Part shown: positions 9,932-19,187 of the stretch, piece by piece | Numbering within the stretch: the stretch's first letter is position 1 | Layout: each line of letters begins with the position of its first letter | The notes under the pieces: generated by a model | Told to the model about the DNA's origin: nothing | Seen by the model: the letters and a program-made list of their open reading frames with translations, nothing else | The model's database searches: none | Program-made: the position numbers and the translations under genes | Assembly: GCA_042576705.1 (NCBI GenBank) | Contig: JBHPEY010000003.1 | Span: 3,438-67,437, forward strand | DNA length: 64,000 bases | Direction of reading: 5' to 3' | Source: Nanobdellota archaeon | GTDB lineage: Archaea > Nanobdellota > Nanobdellia > Woesearchaeales > UBA11576

Positions 9932-10294
9932 TCATCTACAGGACTTGCAAAGCCCCCTGAATATGATCGTGACGCAATTCGGTTCAAAGTATCTTGACCT
10001 TATCCTCTTCATCGCATGGTCTGAGATCTCTGTCTGCATGACATCCATTATCTTTCCGCAGCTCTCGCACACGCAGTGCTGGTGTCCGCAGACGTCGCCG
10101 TCAAAGCGGTACTCGCCGTTGATCTCGAGCTTGAGTATCTGGCCTTCTTCTGCGAGAAGGTTCAGATTGCGGTAGACAGTACCCAGGCTTATCGCGGGAA
10201 GGTCCTTCTTCACGGTGTTGTAGACCATCTCTGCTGAGGGGTGGGTCTTGACGCTCTTCAGGAACTCCAGTATCTTTATGCGCTGGCTTGTCAT
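9932..10294 (-). CDS. Fur-family (PerR-like) metal-dependent transcriptional regulator
   Basis: Winged HTH followed by the HxH...CxxC C-terminal metal site (CGHQHCVCESCG). Confidence 0.8.
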   Translation of the reverse strand: MTSQRIKILEFLKSVKTHPSAEMVYNTVKKDLPAISLGTVYRNLNLLAEEGQILKLEINGEYRFDGDVCGHQHCVCESCGKIMDVMQTEISDHAMKRIRSRYFEPNCVTIIFRGLCKSCR

Positions 10295-10423
10295 GCGCCT
10301 TCCCGGCCTGTTTTGTTTATTGAGAACCATTATTAATTAGGAGGTGTTACTGATATATAAATGTTGTGGATTCTGTGGCCTGACAAAAGAAAAGTTATTA
10401 AAAGCAGACCACCAATATGTAAA

Positions 10424-10966
10424 TGCATGGAAAACAAGACCCTCGGAACACTCCTAGTAATCTCGTCTGTCGTGCTTCTGATACTCCTTGTACTGATACG
10501 CCAGATTGTCGTCGGTGCTTACCAATCAGAGATAGACAGGAACGTGAAGCTGGAAGGCGTGTGCCATGCTGATGAGGGAGTCTGCCCGCATGAGAGCATG
10601 CTTCAGGCACAGGTGCCTATATTCCTGGCAGGGATAGTGCTTGTGGGTGTAGCCAGCCTGGGTGTATATATCATATTCTTTGAGAGGTCGCAGAAAGAGA
10701 TAGTGTCTGCGCTTCGGAAGCAGAAGCTGATGAAGATTAAGGAGGAGAAGTTCTCACTGCTGCTTCGAGGGATGGACAAGGATGAGCAGAAAGTCATGAA
10801 GGCTGTAAAGGAGCAGGATGGGATAACCCAGCAGACGCTGCGGCTCAGGACAGACCTTCACAAGTCCAAGCTCAGTATAGTGCTTGACGGCCTTGAGAAG
10901 AAGGGGCTGGTCAGGAGGGTGCTGAAGGGCAAGACCAAGCAGGTGTTCCTCAAGATACGGATATAA
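10424..10966 (+). CDS. membrane-anchored winged-helix (MarR-like) DNA-binding protein
   Basis: Two TM helices, then a C-terminal wHTH (ITQQTLRLRTDLHKSKLSIVLDGLEKKGLVRR). Confidence 0.45.
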   Translation, partial: CMENKTLGTLLVISSVVLLILLVLIRQIVVGAYQSEIDRNVKLEGVCHADEGVCPHESMLQAQVPIFLAGIVLVGVASLGVYIIFFERSQKEIVSALRKQKLMKIKEEKFSLLLRGMDKDEQKVMKAVKEQDGITQQTLRLRTDLHKSKLSIVLDGLEKKGLVRRVLKGKTKQVFLKIRI

Positions 10967-11165
10967 AAATAATCCTGACATCTGGTGTCGGGATTATTGA
11001 ACAATGTAAGTTCCTTTCTTTTTCAGTCTAATAACTCAAGCAGGTAGTTTTCGATGCGGAACTTGTATGTAAACGGTAACTCCTTTGAATTCTGTTGTTT
11101 CAGGCTTTTTTTGATGGTCAGTTTCAGCGCTAAAATATATCTAAATGCTATGCTTTCTTGTTTCC

Positions 11166-11528
11166 ATGAAACCGGTCAAGATACGATTCACATGGGTGCT
11201 GGTGCTGCTGGTGCTTGTGATTGCAGGTGTCGTCTATGCCAGGAGCAGGCCTGTCGAGGGGCTGGATGGGTTTGCGCAATGCCTCTCAGAGAAAGGCGCT
11301 GTGATGTATGGGACCTACTGGTGCAGCCACTGTAATGCACAGAAGGCGGATTTTGGTGATGCGTTTTCGCATATCGAGTATGTGGAATGCTCTGACCAGA
11401 AAGAGCTCTGCGCAGAGAATGATGTGCAGGGCTTTCCCACATGGATCATAGATGGAGCAAAGTATGAAGGGCGGCAGCCATTGTCCAGGCTGAGCGCACT
11501 TACCGGTTGCGATCTGGAAAAGAGTTGA
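11166..11528 (+). CDS. membrane-anchored thioredoxin-fold thiol-disulfide oxidoreductase (CSHC)
   Basis: TM anchor followed by a YWCSHC active-site motif in a thioredoxin fold. Confidence 0.6.
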   Translation: MKPVKIRFTWVLVLLVLVIAGVVYARSRPVEGLDGFAQCLSEKGAVMYGTYWCSHCNAQKADFGDAFSHIEYVECSDQKELCAENDVQGFPTWIIDGAKYEGRQPLSRLSALTGCDLEKS

Positions 11529-11541
11529 TGAGGTGAATAAG

Positions 11542-11760
11542 ATGCAGAAGATAACCATAATATCAGTAGTGCTTGCGATCCTGTTGGTTGCAGGGGCGGT
11601 ATTCGCTGCGGCAGACTTCCTTGGAAGCGAAGAACCTGTTGAGAGCCAGGAACAACCTGTTGTGAGCCAGGGAAGCTGTGCCAGCGGTGCCTGCGGAGCA
11701 GGATGCGACAGTAGCTGCGGCGGAAGTTGCGGGGTCCCCAGCTGCGGCTGCGGAAGCTAA
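11542..11760 (+). CDS. small secreted Cys/Gly/Ser-rich peptide (signal peptide plus a C-terminal segment with 8 Cys in 28 aa)
   Basis: GAGGTGA Shine-Dalgarno-like site 8 nt upstream of the ATG at 11542. Signal peptide ...AVFA|AAD, then GSCASGACGAGCDSSCGGSCGVPSCGCGS. Confidence 0.45.
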   Translation: MQKITIISVVLAILLVAGAVFAAADFLGSEEPVESQEQPVVSQGSCASGACGAGCDSSCGGSCGVPSCGCGS

Positions 11761-11836
11761 TCTTTTCTTTCTTTTTTTTGTTTTTTGAATAGGAATATTT
11801 ATAACTGAGAGGTCGACGTTTCTTTTTGGGTGGATT

Positions 11837-12463
11837 ATGGCCAATGCGATACAGTGTGCAAGAGAGATCAGGAATGACGCAATAAAAGACCTTGTAGACA
11901 GACGTCTCGCGGGGTTCAAACGGCTCGGCAGGAAATCGAGCAGGGAACTGTTCAAGGAACTGTGCTTCTGCATACTGACTGCGAATTACTCTGCAGAGGG
12001 CGGCATCCGTATCCAGAAGAAGATAAATAATGGATTTCTTACATTGAGTGAGAAGCAGCTGGCCAAGGCGCTCAAGGAGCAGAGGTATCGGTTCCCTAAT
12101 GTGCGGGCGGGCTATATTGTCGAGGCTCGGAAGCATGCGGTGGATATCAAGAAGAGATTGGCGGGTTTCGATTGCGAGAAGGATGCACGTGACTGGCTGG
12201 CCCGGAATGTCAAGGGGTTAGGGTACAAGGAAGCGAGCCATTTCCTGCGGAATGTCGGTTACGAGAGTGTCGCAATCATTGATTTCCACATCATAGATTT
12301 CCTTGTGGGCCATGGGCTTATAGAGAAGCCCAAGACCATGACGCCTAAAAGATATGTTGAGATTGAGAACGTGCTGCAGGATGTGGCAGACAAGGCAAGC
12401 ATGCATCTGGGTGAGCTTGACCTTTACATGTGGTATTGTGAGACTGGGAGAATATTGAAGTAA
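11837..12463 (+). CDS. ogg: archaeal 8-oxoguanine DNA glycosylase / AP lyase (Ogg2-type HhH-GPD)
   Basis: GLGYKEASHFLRNVG...DFHI helix-hairpin-helix Gly/Pro...Asp motif with the catalytic Lys. Confidence 0.7.
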   Translation: MANAIQCAREIRNDAIKDLVDRRLAGFKRLGRKSSRELFKELCFCILTANYSAEGGIRIQKKINNGFLTLSEKQLAKALKEQRYRFPNVRAGYIVEARKHAVDIKKRLAGFDCEKDARDWLARNVKGLGYKEASHFLRNVGYESVAIIDFHIIDFLVGHGLIEKPKTMTPKRYVEIENVLQDVADKASMHLGELDLYMWYCETGRILK

Positions 12464-12485
12464 GGGCGTCAATATCTGTCTTTGG

Positions 12486-13619
12486 TCATCTTGGGTTGTC
12501 CTTTGCTGAGTCGTAAACAAAAACTTCATTCTTGTATTTCTGGTCGCAGACTGATTTCAGGTTCCTGGCGCGTCTTGTCAGGGATGCCCTGTTCTTTTCC
12601 ACCACGTTATCAAGACTCTCTTTGTTGATCCTTGTGTACTCTATTGTGCTGTAGTCATACTCGTAGATGGTTATCGCAAGGTTCCTTGAGCAGGTCAGGG
12701 TCATCGAGTGGATGTATGTCAGCTTTGTCTCTTCTATGCCCTTGAACTGCTCGATGGTAAATACCTCGTTGTTATCATAATCATGGTCTGTGAATTCACC
12801 TGATTTGTATGTTATGTCGTAGTCTGTTATGCTTCCGTAGACAGATTCGACGAGCCAGTCCTCAATCTCGGTGACATTGTTGTAGATGATATCCTCTTCT
12901 TTTGTGAAGTTCCTGAACTCCCACTCAGAGTATTCATACCATTTCTCATATCCTGTGCGTTGTGTCGGGTATTGTGCAGTCGCTTCGCTCTTGGTTATCC
13001 TCTCTTCGTATGTCTGAGCCTCCCTGCTCTTCAGGCTGTGTATCACATACCAGTTCATGAACTCAGAATACTTCAGCAGGTTGCCTGACGTGTTCAGGAG
13101 GTACACATCATTCACTATATTGCTCAGCAGCATCCACCTGCTTACTACCAGCGGCTTGTACTTCACATCAAGGAAGTCTGCCATGTAGCGCGGGATCTGC
13201 AGGTCATAGTAGAAAAGCTTGGCCACTACCTCATTCACGTTGATGTCCTTGCGGAACTTTATGCCATTCCTGTAGATACCATTGATATCATGGGTGATCT
13301 CACCAAGCGTGAAGTTCCTTGGGATGTACTTGTAGATGATTATCTTGCACGCGCCGCAGTCCTTCCAGCAGGTGGTGCAGTTCTCTGTCGCGTTCTCGCA
13401 GGCGCCATTGCCGCAGGTGTTTGGGATGAATTCTGTTTCGTTGACTACTGCTTCATCATCGCAGATGTTGTCTGAGTCTGTGTCTGCGCAGCAGCGTTCG
13501 CCGATTATCGTATCATTAGGTTCGCAGACTATCACTTCGGTCTTTTTGATGCAGCCTGAGACAACAAGGAGTAGAAGCACTAATAGAAATAATGCGATAA
13601 GTCCTCCTTTTTTGTCCAT
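12486..13619 (-). CDS. hypothetical secreted lipoprotein with Cys-rich N-terminal region
   Basis: Lipobox LVVSGC, many N-x-S/T sequons, no recognisable domain. Confidence 0.45.
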   Translation of the reverse strand: MDKKGGLIALFLLVLLLLVVSGCIKKTEVIVCEPNDTIIGERCCADTDSDNICDDEAVVNETEFIPNTCGNGACENATENCTTCWKDCGACKIIIYKYIPRNFTLGEITHDINGIYRNGIKFRKDINVNEVVAKLFYYDLQIPRYMADFLDVKYKPLVVSRWMLLSNIVNDVYLLNTSGNLLKYSEFMNWYVIHSLKSREAQTYEERITKSEATAQYPTQRTGYEKWYEYSEWEFRNFTKEEDIIYNNVTEIEDWLVESVYGSITDYDITYKSGEFTDHDYDNNEVFTIEQFKGIEETKLTYIHSMTLTCSRNLAITIYEYDYSTIEYTRINKESLDNVVEKNRASLTRRARNLKSVCDQKYKNEVFVYDSAKDNPR

Positions 13620-14135
13620 GAGGGGGATTAGAGGAAACTGTTTTATAAATGTTGCCTCTGGTGGTGTGGGTCGGTCAGGGATTTTCTTTTTAATTCTTAA
13701 TTCAGCTTTGGTTTTGGTGGTGGATGTTGGTTTGACAATAGAGATGGGATTCGCACCAAAGCTGATGTATTGTTTGGAGTATTGGATGTAGCAAGCCTGA
13801 TTGGGAATGTTGCTGCTTATTGTGTATTTGATTAGGCAGCAGCCATTGCAACCGTTCGGTTGCAGGGTTGTCTGCGGCTGACGCCTTAGCCAACTTTCGG
13901 TAAATGAACGATATAAGGGAAATGGCCTTCGGCCGGAACGAATGACAAAACAGTCTTAGAACCTGAGTTCGTGATGGTTGCGGCAGATAGGTTTCCGGGC
14001 GCCCCAAAATATTTACCTTCAGATTGCACTATCCTGAAAAGATTCTGAGCTTTCCGTAACAGTGTCATCTGTGCCGCAATCTTATTGCTATTCCCCCTGA
14101 AGCCTTTATTAGGCAGTTTTGTGTATACTATCTCT

Positions 14136-14474
14136 ATGCAGGAGAAGACCTTGCTCAAGATAGCACTTGCGGTTGGCGTTGTGGGCTTGGCGGTGCTGTT
14201 TTTTATCTCACAAAGCATATCCATAGATGAAGCCATGCTCAACCGCCTGGATGGGATGGTCGATGAGACTGTGGTCATCACAGGAGTTGTGCTTGATGTG
14301 AGCACGTTTGGTTCTGTGACTTCTGTCATGATAGAGAAGAATGAGCTCACATCGGTCGTGCTTTTCGGGGATGCTCCCCTGCTGGAGACAGGGGATCTTG
14401 TGCAGGTCAGGGGAAAGGTTGTCGAGAATGAAGGAGAGACTGAGCTGATCGGTGAGGAAATAAGGGTAATATGA
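14136..14474 (+). CDS. hypothetical membrane-anchored OB-fold-like protein
   Basis: TM anchor followed by a beta-rich OB-like segment (VQVRGKVVENEGETELIG). Confidence 0.35.
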   Translation: MQEKTLLKIALAVGVVGLAVLFFISQSISIDEAMLNRLDGMVDETVVITGVVLDVSTFGSVTSVMIEKNELTSVVLFGDAPLLETGDLVQVRGKVVENEGETELIGEEIRVI

Positions 14475-14686
14475 GAAGAAACGCGCCAAAAACCGGTTTT
14501 TTCACATCGGTTGAGGGTCTTTAGTGTGGTTTTTCGTATACTGTTAGTTTTTTAACATCTCTGATTCTTTAACAAATGTATGCTTCACTATATAATAAAC
14601 GTAAGATTTATAAAACAGTTAATCATCGGTTTAATAGTTTGGGGGTTAGTAAACTCACAATTCAATGCTACAAACGAGGTGATTGA

Positions 14687-15271
14687 ATGAAATTAAGATA
14701 TCTGGCAGTAATTGTCGCGATAACGCTGTTGCTTCTTCTTGGAGGATGTGGAAAGAAGGCAGCTCCAGCTCCGGCTCCTGCTCCAGCTCCGGCACCAGCT
14801 CCAGCTCCGGCTCCAGCTCCGGCTCCAGCACCTGAGCCAGTTGTCGAAGAGGTTGTAGATGAGACTGCAGACGTTATCCTTGAAGAGGGTGGCGACGTGA
14901 CAGAAGCGGCTGAAGAAGAGAAAGAGTCAAAGGGACTTGCATCAGACCTTACAACAGTAACCGAAGCTTTCCCACAGGCTTCCTGCGATCTGAAACAGAT
15001 TGACGGCAAGGAAAAGAGAGTCATCAATGTCAAGATCATGAACATTGAGGACGAGACATGGGAGATCTACGGTAAGGAAAATCCGAAGGGTAAGGTAAGG
15101 ATCGGCAACAGGGCTGTGATACATATCATGCCTGGCTGTGAAAAGATGTCCCTTGAACCTGGCGAGGCTACAATCTGTGATACCATCAACATGGGTGTCA
15201 TAGAAGGTGAGAACAGGGTAACTGTTAACACGCCAACCGGCCAGTACGCAAGACTTGTCGACTGCCCATAA
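14687..15271 (+). CDS. secreted lipoprotein with a (Pro-Ala)n linker
   Basis: Lipobox LLGGCG followed by [30 protein letters not shown] and a C-terminal globular domain. Confidence 0.6.
   Translation: [194 protein letters not shown]
14760..14832 (+). repeat. GCTCCR hexanucleotide tandem repeat encoding (AP)n
   Basis: Direct reading of gctccagctccggctcc... repeats. Confidence 0.7.
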
Positions 15272-15320
15272 GGGTATATTTTTTTTCTTTTTTTAGTATC
15301 TTTTTCTGATAGGGTTAATC

Positions 15321-16283
15321 CTATAATCCACCAATTGTTCTGCTGTATTTCCCTTTGTGATTTTGATTGGGATTGTGGCTTGTGTACTCGCCGGGCTGGG
15401 AAGCAGATATCCATATGTAGTTGGTGCCATTTAACTTACGCAGGAACGGGTTAGGCTCGTTGTACTTCCTGCGTCTTTGTCTTCTCTTCTTTGGTCTTGC
15501 TCTGATGCGTTTTGTAGGTTTCTTTATGATGGGGTGGTAATCCTCTGCTAAAGAGGCAATCCTGTCCAGTTCGTAGTCTATCTTTGTATTATCGACAGCA
15601 GCAACTTTTTTTGGGTAGGGTGGCTTTACAGGTGTCTCTGCTGCTGCTTTGTTCTCTGCTGTCTTGGGATATAGTGATTCACACGACGGATAGAATGTGT
15701 GGGCAATCAGGCTGACGGCAACTGCTGCCTGGAGTACCTTATGCAGTATCTTTGGAAGCCGCCTGTCTTTTGATCTTTCCTGCATGCTGATTTCTGGACT
15801 ATCTTCCGGCTCCTGCATAGGTGCTTGATACTGTTGGTTTCCGTACAATCCCACACCCATGTTTATCAGACCTCTGTCAGGATCCTTCCTGCTAGTCACA
15901 AAATCCTCCAGGTGGAAGGGCTCATCCCTGATCGGATTGTTCTCTTCATCGTAAAGCATTATCGCGAGCCTGTTTGAAGGGTTGTCCTGCTTCGTGAGCC
16001 TGTCATACTTCATGAGTCCATCTACCAGGCTGAGCAGTCCTTGCTCTTCTTCTGTGCAGTCGTCTCTATTGTGGACAAGTCCCGTGATGACCTGCTCAAA
16101 GGTCTTGAATAGGTATTTTGGGCGGTCATCATTGCAGATGCTTCTTGTTATCTGACCGTACCCGCTATTGTTGTTCTGGTGGTGTACATCAAGATTGAGT
16201 CTGATTTCAAGATTGTCTGGCAATATATCACACCTCCATGGAGAGATATACGCATCCAGGCTTAATAGTCCCTTCGCAGGCAT
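15321..16283 (-). CDS. hypothetical protein with Arg/Lys-rich C-terminal tail
   Basis: ORF track; no recognisable domain. C-terminus KRIRARPKKRRQRRRK. Confidence 0.4.
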   Translation of the reverse strand: MPAKGLLSLDAYISPWRCDILPDNLEIRLNLDVHHQNNNSGYGQITRSICNDDRPKYLFKTFEQVITGLVHNRDDCTEEEQGLLSLVDGLMKYDRLTKQDNPSNRLAIMLYDEENNPIRDEPFHLEDFVTSRKDPDRGLINMGVGLYGNQQYQAPMQEPEDSPEISMQERSKDRRLPKILHKVLQAAVAVSLIAHTFYPSCESLYPKTAENKAAAETPVKPPYPKKVAAVDNTKIDYELDRIASLAEDYHPIIKKPTKRIRARPKKRRQRRRKYNEPNPFLRKLNGTNYIWISASQPGEYTSHNPNQNHKGKYSRTIGGL

Positions 16284-16444
16284 TGGCGTGGATCTTCTGG
16301 CTTAGCCGGATGTATTTCAGGCAGGAGATTGTGCTTCCGGAATCGATCCATAATGCTGAAATTCTTTCGGATCAGATGCAAGAAAAAGGGAAATATTTAC
16401 GGCACTATCAATAGCACCGCGATGATAAAAAGCGCACCACCCCC

Positions 16445-16864
16445 TTATTTTGCTGCCTTCTTCTTCAGTTTGCGCTGGTTGAATCTGATGAACTTCATCA
16501 GCTTCTCAGAGTAACGGTTCAGCTTGGAGTTCAGGTCAAGGAACCTCTCAGAAGGGATGTAGTTAAGGTCGTTGCAGAGCAGCAGAAGTGTGGTCAGCTG
16601 CTTTGTAGACACGTATGCCCGCTTTAGATGCCGCAGGTACTGTTTGCAGAGCTTGAAGCTTGCTGCTTTTGACAGGTTGATCGGCAGCTCGATCGCTGCG
16701 GATTTGAGCTCCTGCGTAATGACATTGTTCTGGTCGAAATTGTCGGATTCCCTGCAGATGTCAAGACAAAGGTTGTAACCCCCTTCCCAAACAGCCATGT
16801 TCCTGAAGGCAGATGCGCCGGAACTGGATACTTCCAGTTGTTTGGTTATTGTCACAGATCTCAT
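16445..16864 (-). CDS. four-helix-bundle protein (TIGR02436 / Avd-like family)
   Basis: C-terminal pattern AYVSTKQLTTLLLLCNDLNYIPSERFLDLNSKLNRYSEKLMKFI fits the family consensus (A.GS..E..T.L.LA..L.YI...F..L......I.KML). Confidence 0.45.
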   Translation of the reverse strand: MRSVTITKQLEVSSSGASAFRNMAVWEGGYNLCLDICRESDNFDQNNVITQELKSAAIELPINLSKAASFKLCKQYLRHLKRAYVSTKQLTTLLLLCNDLNYIPSERFLDLNSKLNRYSEKLMKFIRFNQRKLKKKAAK

Positions 16865-16992
16865 GTAGAGTATAATGTTTTGGTGATTCTTAAATATTGA
16901 TTCGGGGTTTTTTACTTAAATCTTGTATTTTTAGGGATTTGTTCATTTTTATATAAATTGTTGGGGGGTTTTTAAACACTCTTCAGCTGGGC

Positions 16993-17185
16993 GGGGTAAA
17001 TCCAAGGCCTGCTCCGCTTTTTGCTCGCTGCGCTTCGCAAAAAGCTCCGTGCGCTGCCAGGCGAAGCGCTTAATGTATTACTACATAGGGCCGCCGTCCC
17101 CGTAGGGGCCGTCCCCCCGGCGGCCTGCATATCCTTGCTGGAATGCGCTTCGCAAAGGGGGCAGCGGCGGCCTTGGATTTACCCC
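16993..17185. repeat. TIR-bounded palindromic intergenic element, copy B (193 bp)
   Basis: 17-bp perfect TIR ggggtaaatccaaggcc / ggccttggatttacccc. Internal palindromes gctccgctttttgc...gcaaaaagctccg and ggccgccgtccccgtaggggccgtccccccggcggcc. Confidence 0.6.
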
Positions 17186-17265
17186 TGGATGTTATTATTA
17201 AAGTGGGAGTGGGTCATGCGAAAGTTTTATATCATTCGCGACTATGGATTTATCTGGGTGATCAT

Positions 17266-18090
17266 ATGGAGAATAAGCTATTTTATGGAATATCGATTCT
17301 GTTTGTCATCTTTATTCTTATGCTGTCTGGCTGTGCGCCTAAGATGGTGCAGCCTGATGTGAAGGACACTACTGATACAGTGAAGAAGACAGAGACTGTG
17401 AAGGAAGAGACAACTACTGAGACAGAGACTGAAGAAGAGGAAGAAGAGACTGTTGTTGAGGAAGTAGAGGAAGAAGAAGAGGATGTGGATTATAATTTCG
17501 AGGCGCTTCCAAAGGAACAGCAGAGAAAGGTCAAGCTTGTACGTAATCTGCTTGAGGAAGCACGGGGTAGGGACGAGAATTACTTCTTCAGGTTCTCCAG
17601 TCCCAAAATACTCCAGACAGCTGTCTGGGTCAAGAGTGATGTGATCAAGCGTGAGATACGAAGGCCTTCAGAGATGGACAAGACAAAGCCATACAATATG
17701 GTGTATCTTGATACCGGAGCCTTGACTGCAAAGGGATACTGCGAGACTTCAAAGGCAAAGTGCTGGGAAGGGAAAGGACCTTTTTCAGAGAACTACAACA
17801 AATGGCTGATCAAGACTCCGAAACAATGGGTCATGGAGCTTGGGGATGAGTTCACCTTTGCGCTTGACAATAAGATTGGGGACCAGCTGTACCACATCGT
17901 TGATTTCAGGAAGGACGGCAAGACAATCCGAGTCTATGTGAATGACTACCGTGGCTGGCCTGCAAGGGTTGAGGTGTACAACAGGGAAGTCGCTCTTGAT
18001 AGCCTGCCTACGGGAAGTCCTGATGAAGAATATATCTATGATGACATGGATATCGGCGGGGTCAGCGAGGATGATGTGACGCCTGGTTAA
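17266..18090 (+). CDS. secreted lipoprotein with acidic (Glu-rich) linker
   Basis: Probable true start MENKLFYGISILFVIFILMLSGC (lipobox). The upstream extension in the track reads through the repeat element. Confidence 0.5.
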   Translation: MENKLFYGISILFVIFILMLSGCAPKMVQPDVKDTTDTVKKTETVKEETTTETETEEEEEETVVEEVEEEEEDVDYNFEALPKEQQRKVKLVRNLLEEARGRDENYFFRFSSPKILQTAVWVKSDVIKREIRRPSEMDKTKPYNMVYLDTGALTAKGYCETSKAKCWEGKGPFSENYNKWLIKTPKQWVMELGDEFTFALDNKIGDQLYHIVDFRKDGKTIRVYVNDYRGWPARVEVYNREVALDSLPTGSPDEEYIYDDMDIGGVSEDDVTPG

Positions 18091-18107
18091 GAATCTTTTT
18101 TAATATT

Positions 18108-19187
18108 TTATTTTCTTTTGACAAGATTTAGCACAGTAATCTCACTTCTAGAACCGAATCTCATCGGAGGGCCCCATGTCCCTGTGCCGGGTGAGACGTG
18201 AAGGTACATGTCATTGTGCATGTAAATGCCGCTAATCTTTGGGTAGAATATCCTGGTGATAAGATTGAACGGGAATATCTGTCCGTTGTGGGTGTGGCCT
18301 GAGAGCTGGAGGTCGACGCCTGCTCTGCTTGCGTCCTCAAGACCCTGCGGCGGATGGAACATCAGGACAGATGGTCTTTTCTTGTCGAACTTTATCTTGC
18401 TGATCTCATCATTTGTCCTGCGCATCTCCCTTGCGGGATTGTCGATGCCTATAACCTGGATGCCCTTGTACTCGACAACCTCGTTCCGCAGGACCTCGAC
18501 TTTGGTCATCTCAAGGAGACCGATCACTTCATCTATGCCTTCGTACATCTCGTGGTTGCCTGTTGAGAAGAATGTCTTTGGCCTGAGCTTGTTGAGCGGG
18601 GCGACGCTGTGCTCTACTATCTTTCCGCTGCCGTCCACAAAGTCGCCTGTGATCAGTACCATGTCCGGGTTGATGTCGTTGATCTTATCGACTATGCGGG
18701 TCATGTAGCCGGAGTTATGGATTGTTCCCAGATGCACGTCAGATATCTGCACTAGAGTGGTTTCTTTCTCCAGGTTGTCTATTGGAATCTCTATCGTGTT
18801 GACTCGTATGAAGAATGCGTTTATTATCCCGTAGAAGACGATGACCAGCACCACGAGCATGATGACAAGGCCTGCTGTCTTGTCATTAGTCTTTGTTATC
18901 AAGCGCACTATCTCATAGACTGCTAGTGAGACCAGCAGTAGGAAGACTGCTCCGAGCCAGGTCGCGGCCAGCGCATAAAAGACCCGAGCTATCTGGCCGC
19001 CGATGAACCGTTCCATGAAGCTCATCAAGGGGAATGACAGGGTCAATGCGACCATCGCCAGATAGAACCACAGGTTCCGGTGCATCTTCAGGAATGCGCT
19101 CAGGCGCATGAATGTATAGAAGTGCATGCCGAAGTATATCGTGAAGAATATGCCAAAAAATATGATGAATGCAAGTATGCGGTTCAT
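18108..19187 (-). CDS. membrane-anchored calcineurin-like metallophosphoesterase
   Basis: Four N-terminal TM helices, then DVHLG...GDFVD...GNHE...GHTH phosphoesterase motifs. Confidence 0.8.
   Translation of the reverse strand: MNRILAFIIFFGIFFTIYFGMHFYTFMRLSAFLKMHRNLWFYLAMVALTLSFPLMSFMERFIGGQIARVFYALAATWLGAVFLLLVSLAVYEIVRLITKTNDKTAGLVIMLVVLVIVFYGIINAFFIRVNTIEIPIDNLEKETTLVQISDVHLGTIHNSGYMTRIVDKINDINPDMVLITGDFVDGSGKIVEHSVAPLNKLRPKTFFSTGNHEMYEGIDEVIGLLEMTKVEVLRNEVVEYKGIQVIGIDNPAREMRRTNDEISKIKFDKKRPSVLMFHPPQGLEDASRAGVDLQLSGHTHNGQIFPFNLITRIFYPKISGIYMHNDMYLHVSPGTGTWGPPMRFGSRSEITVLNLVKRK

Noticed and set aside
16445-16864. Diversity-generating retroelement (an Avd-like four-helix-bundle protein suggests a DGR)
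   Set aside because: No reverse transcriptase (no Y[AVM]DD-containing ORF) and no template/variable repeat pair could be found in the flanking 5 kb. It is treated as a stand-alone four-helix-bundle protein.
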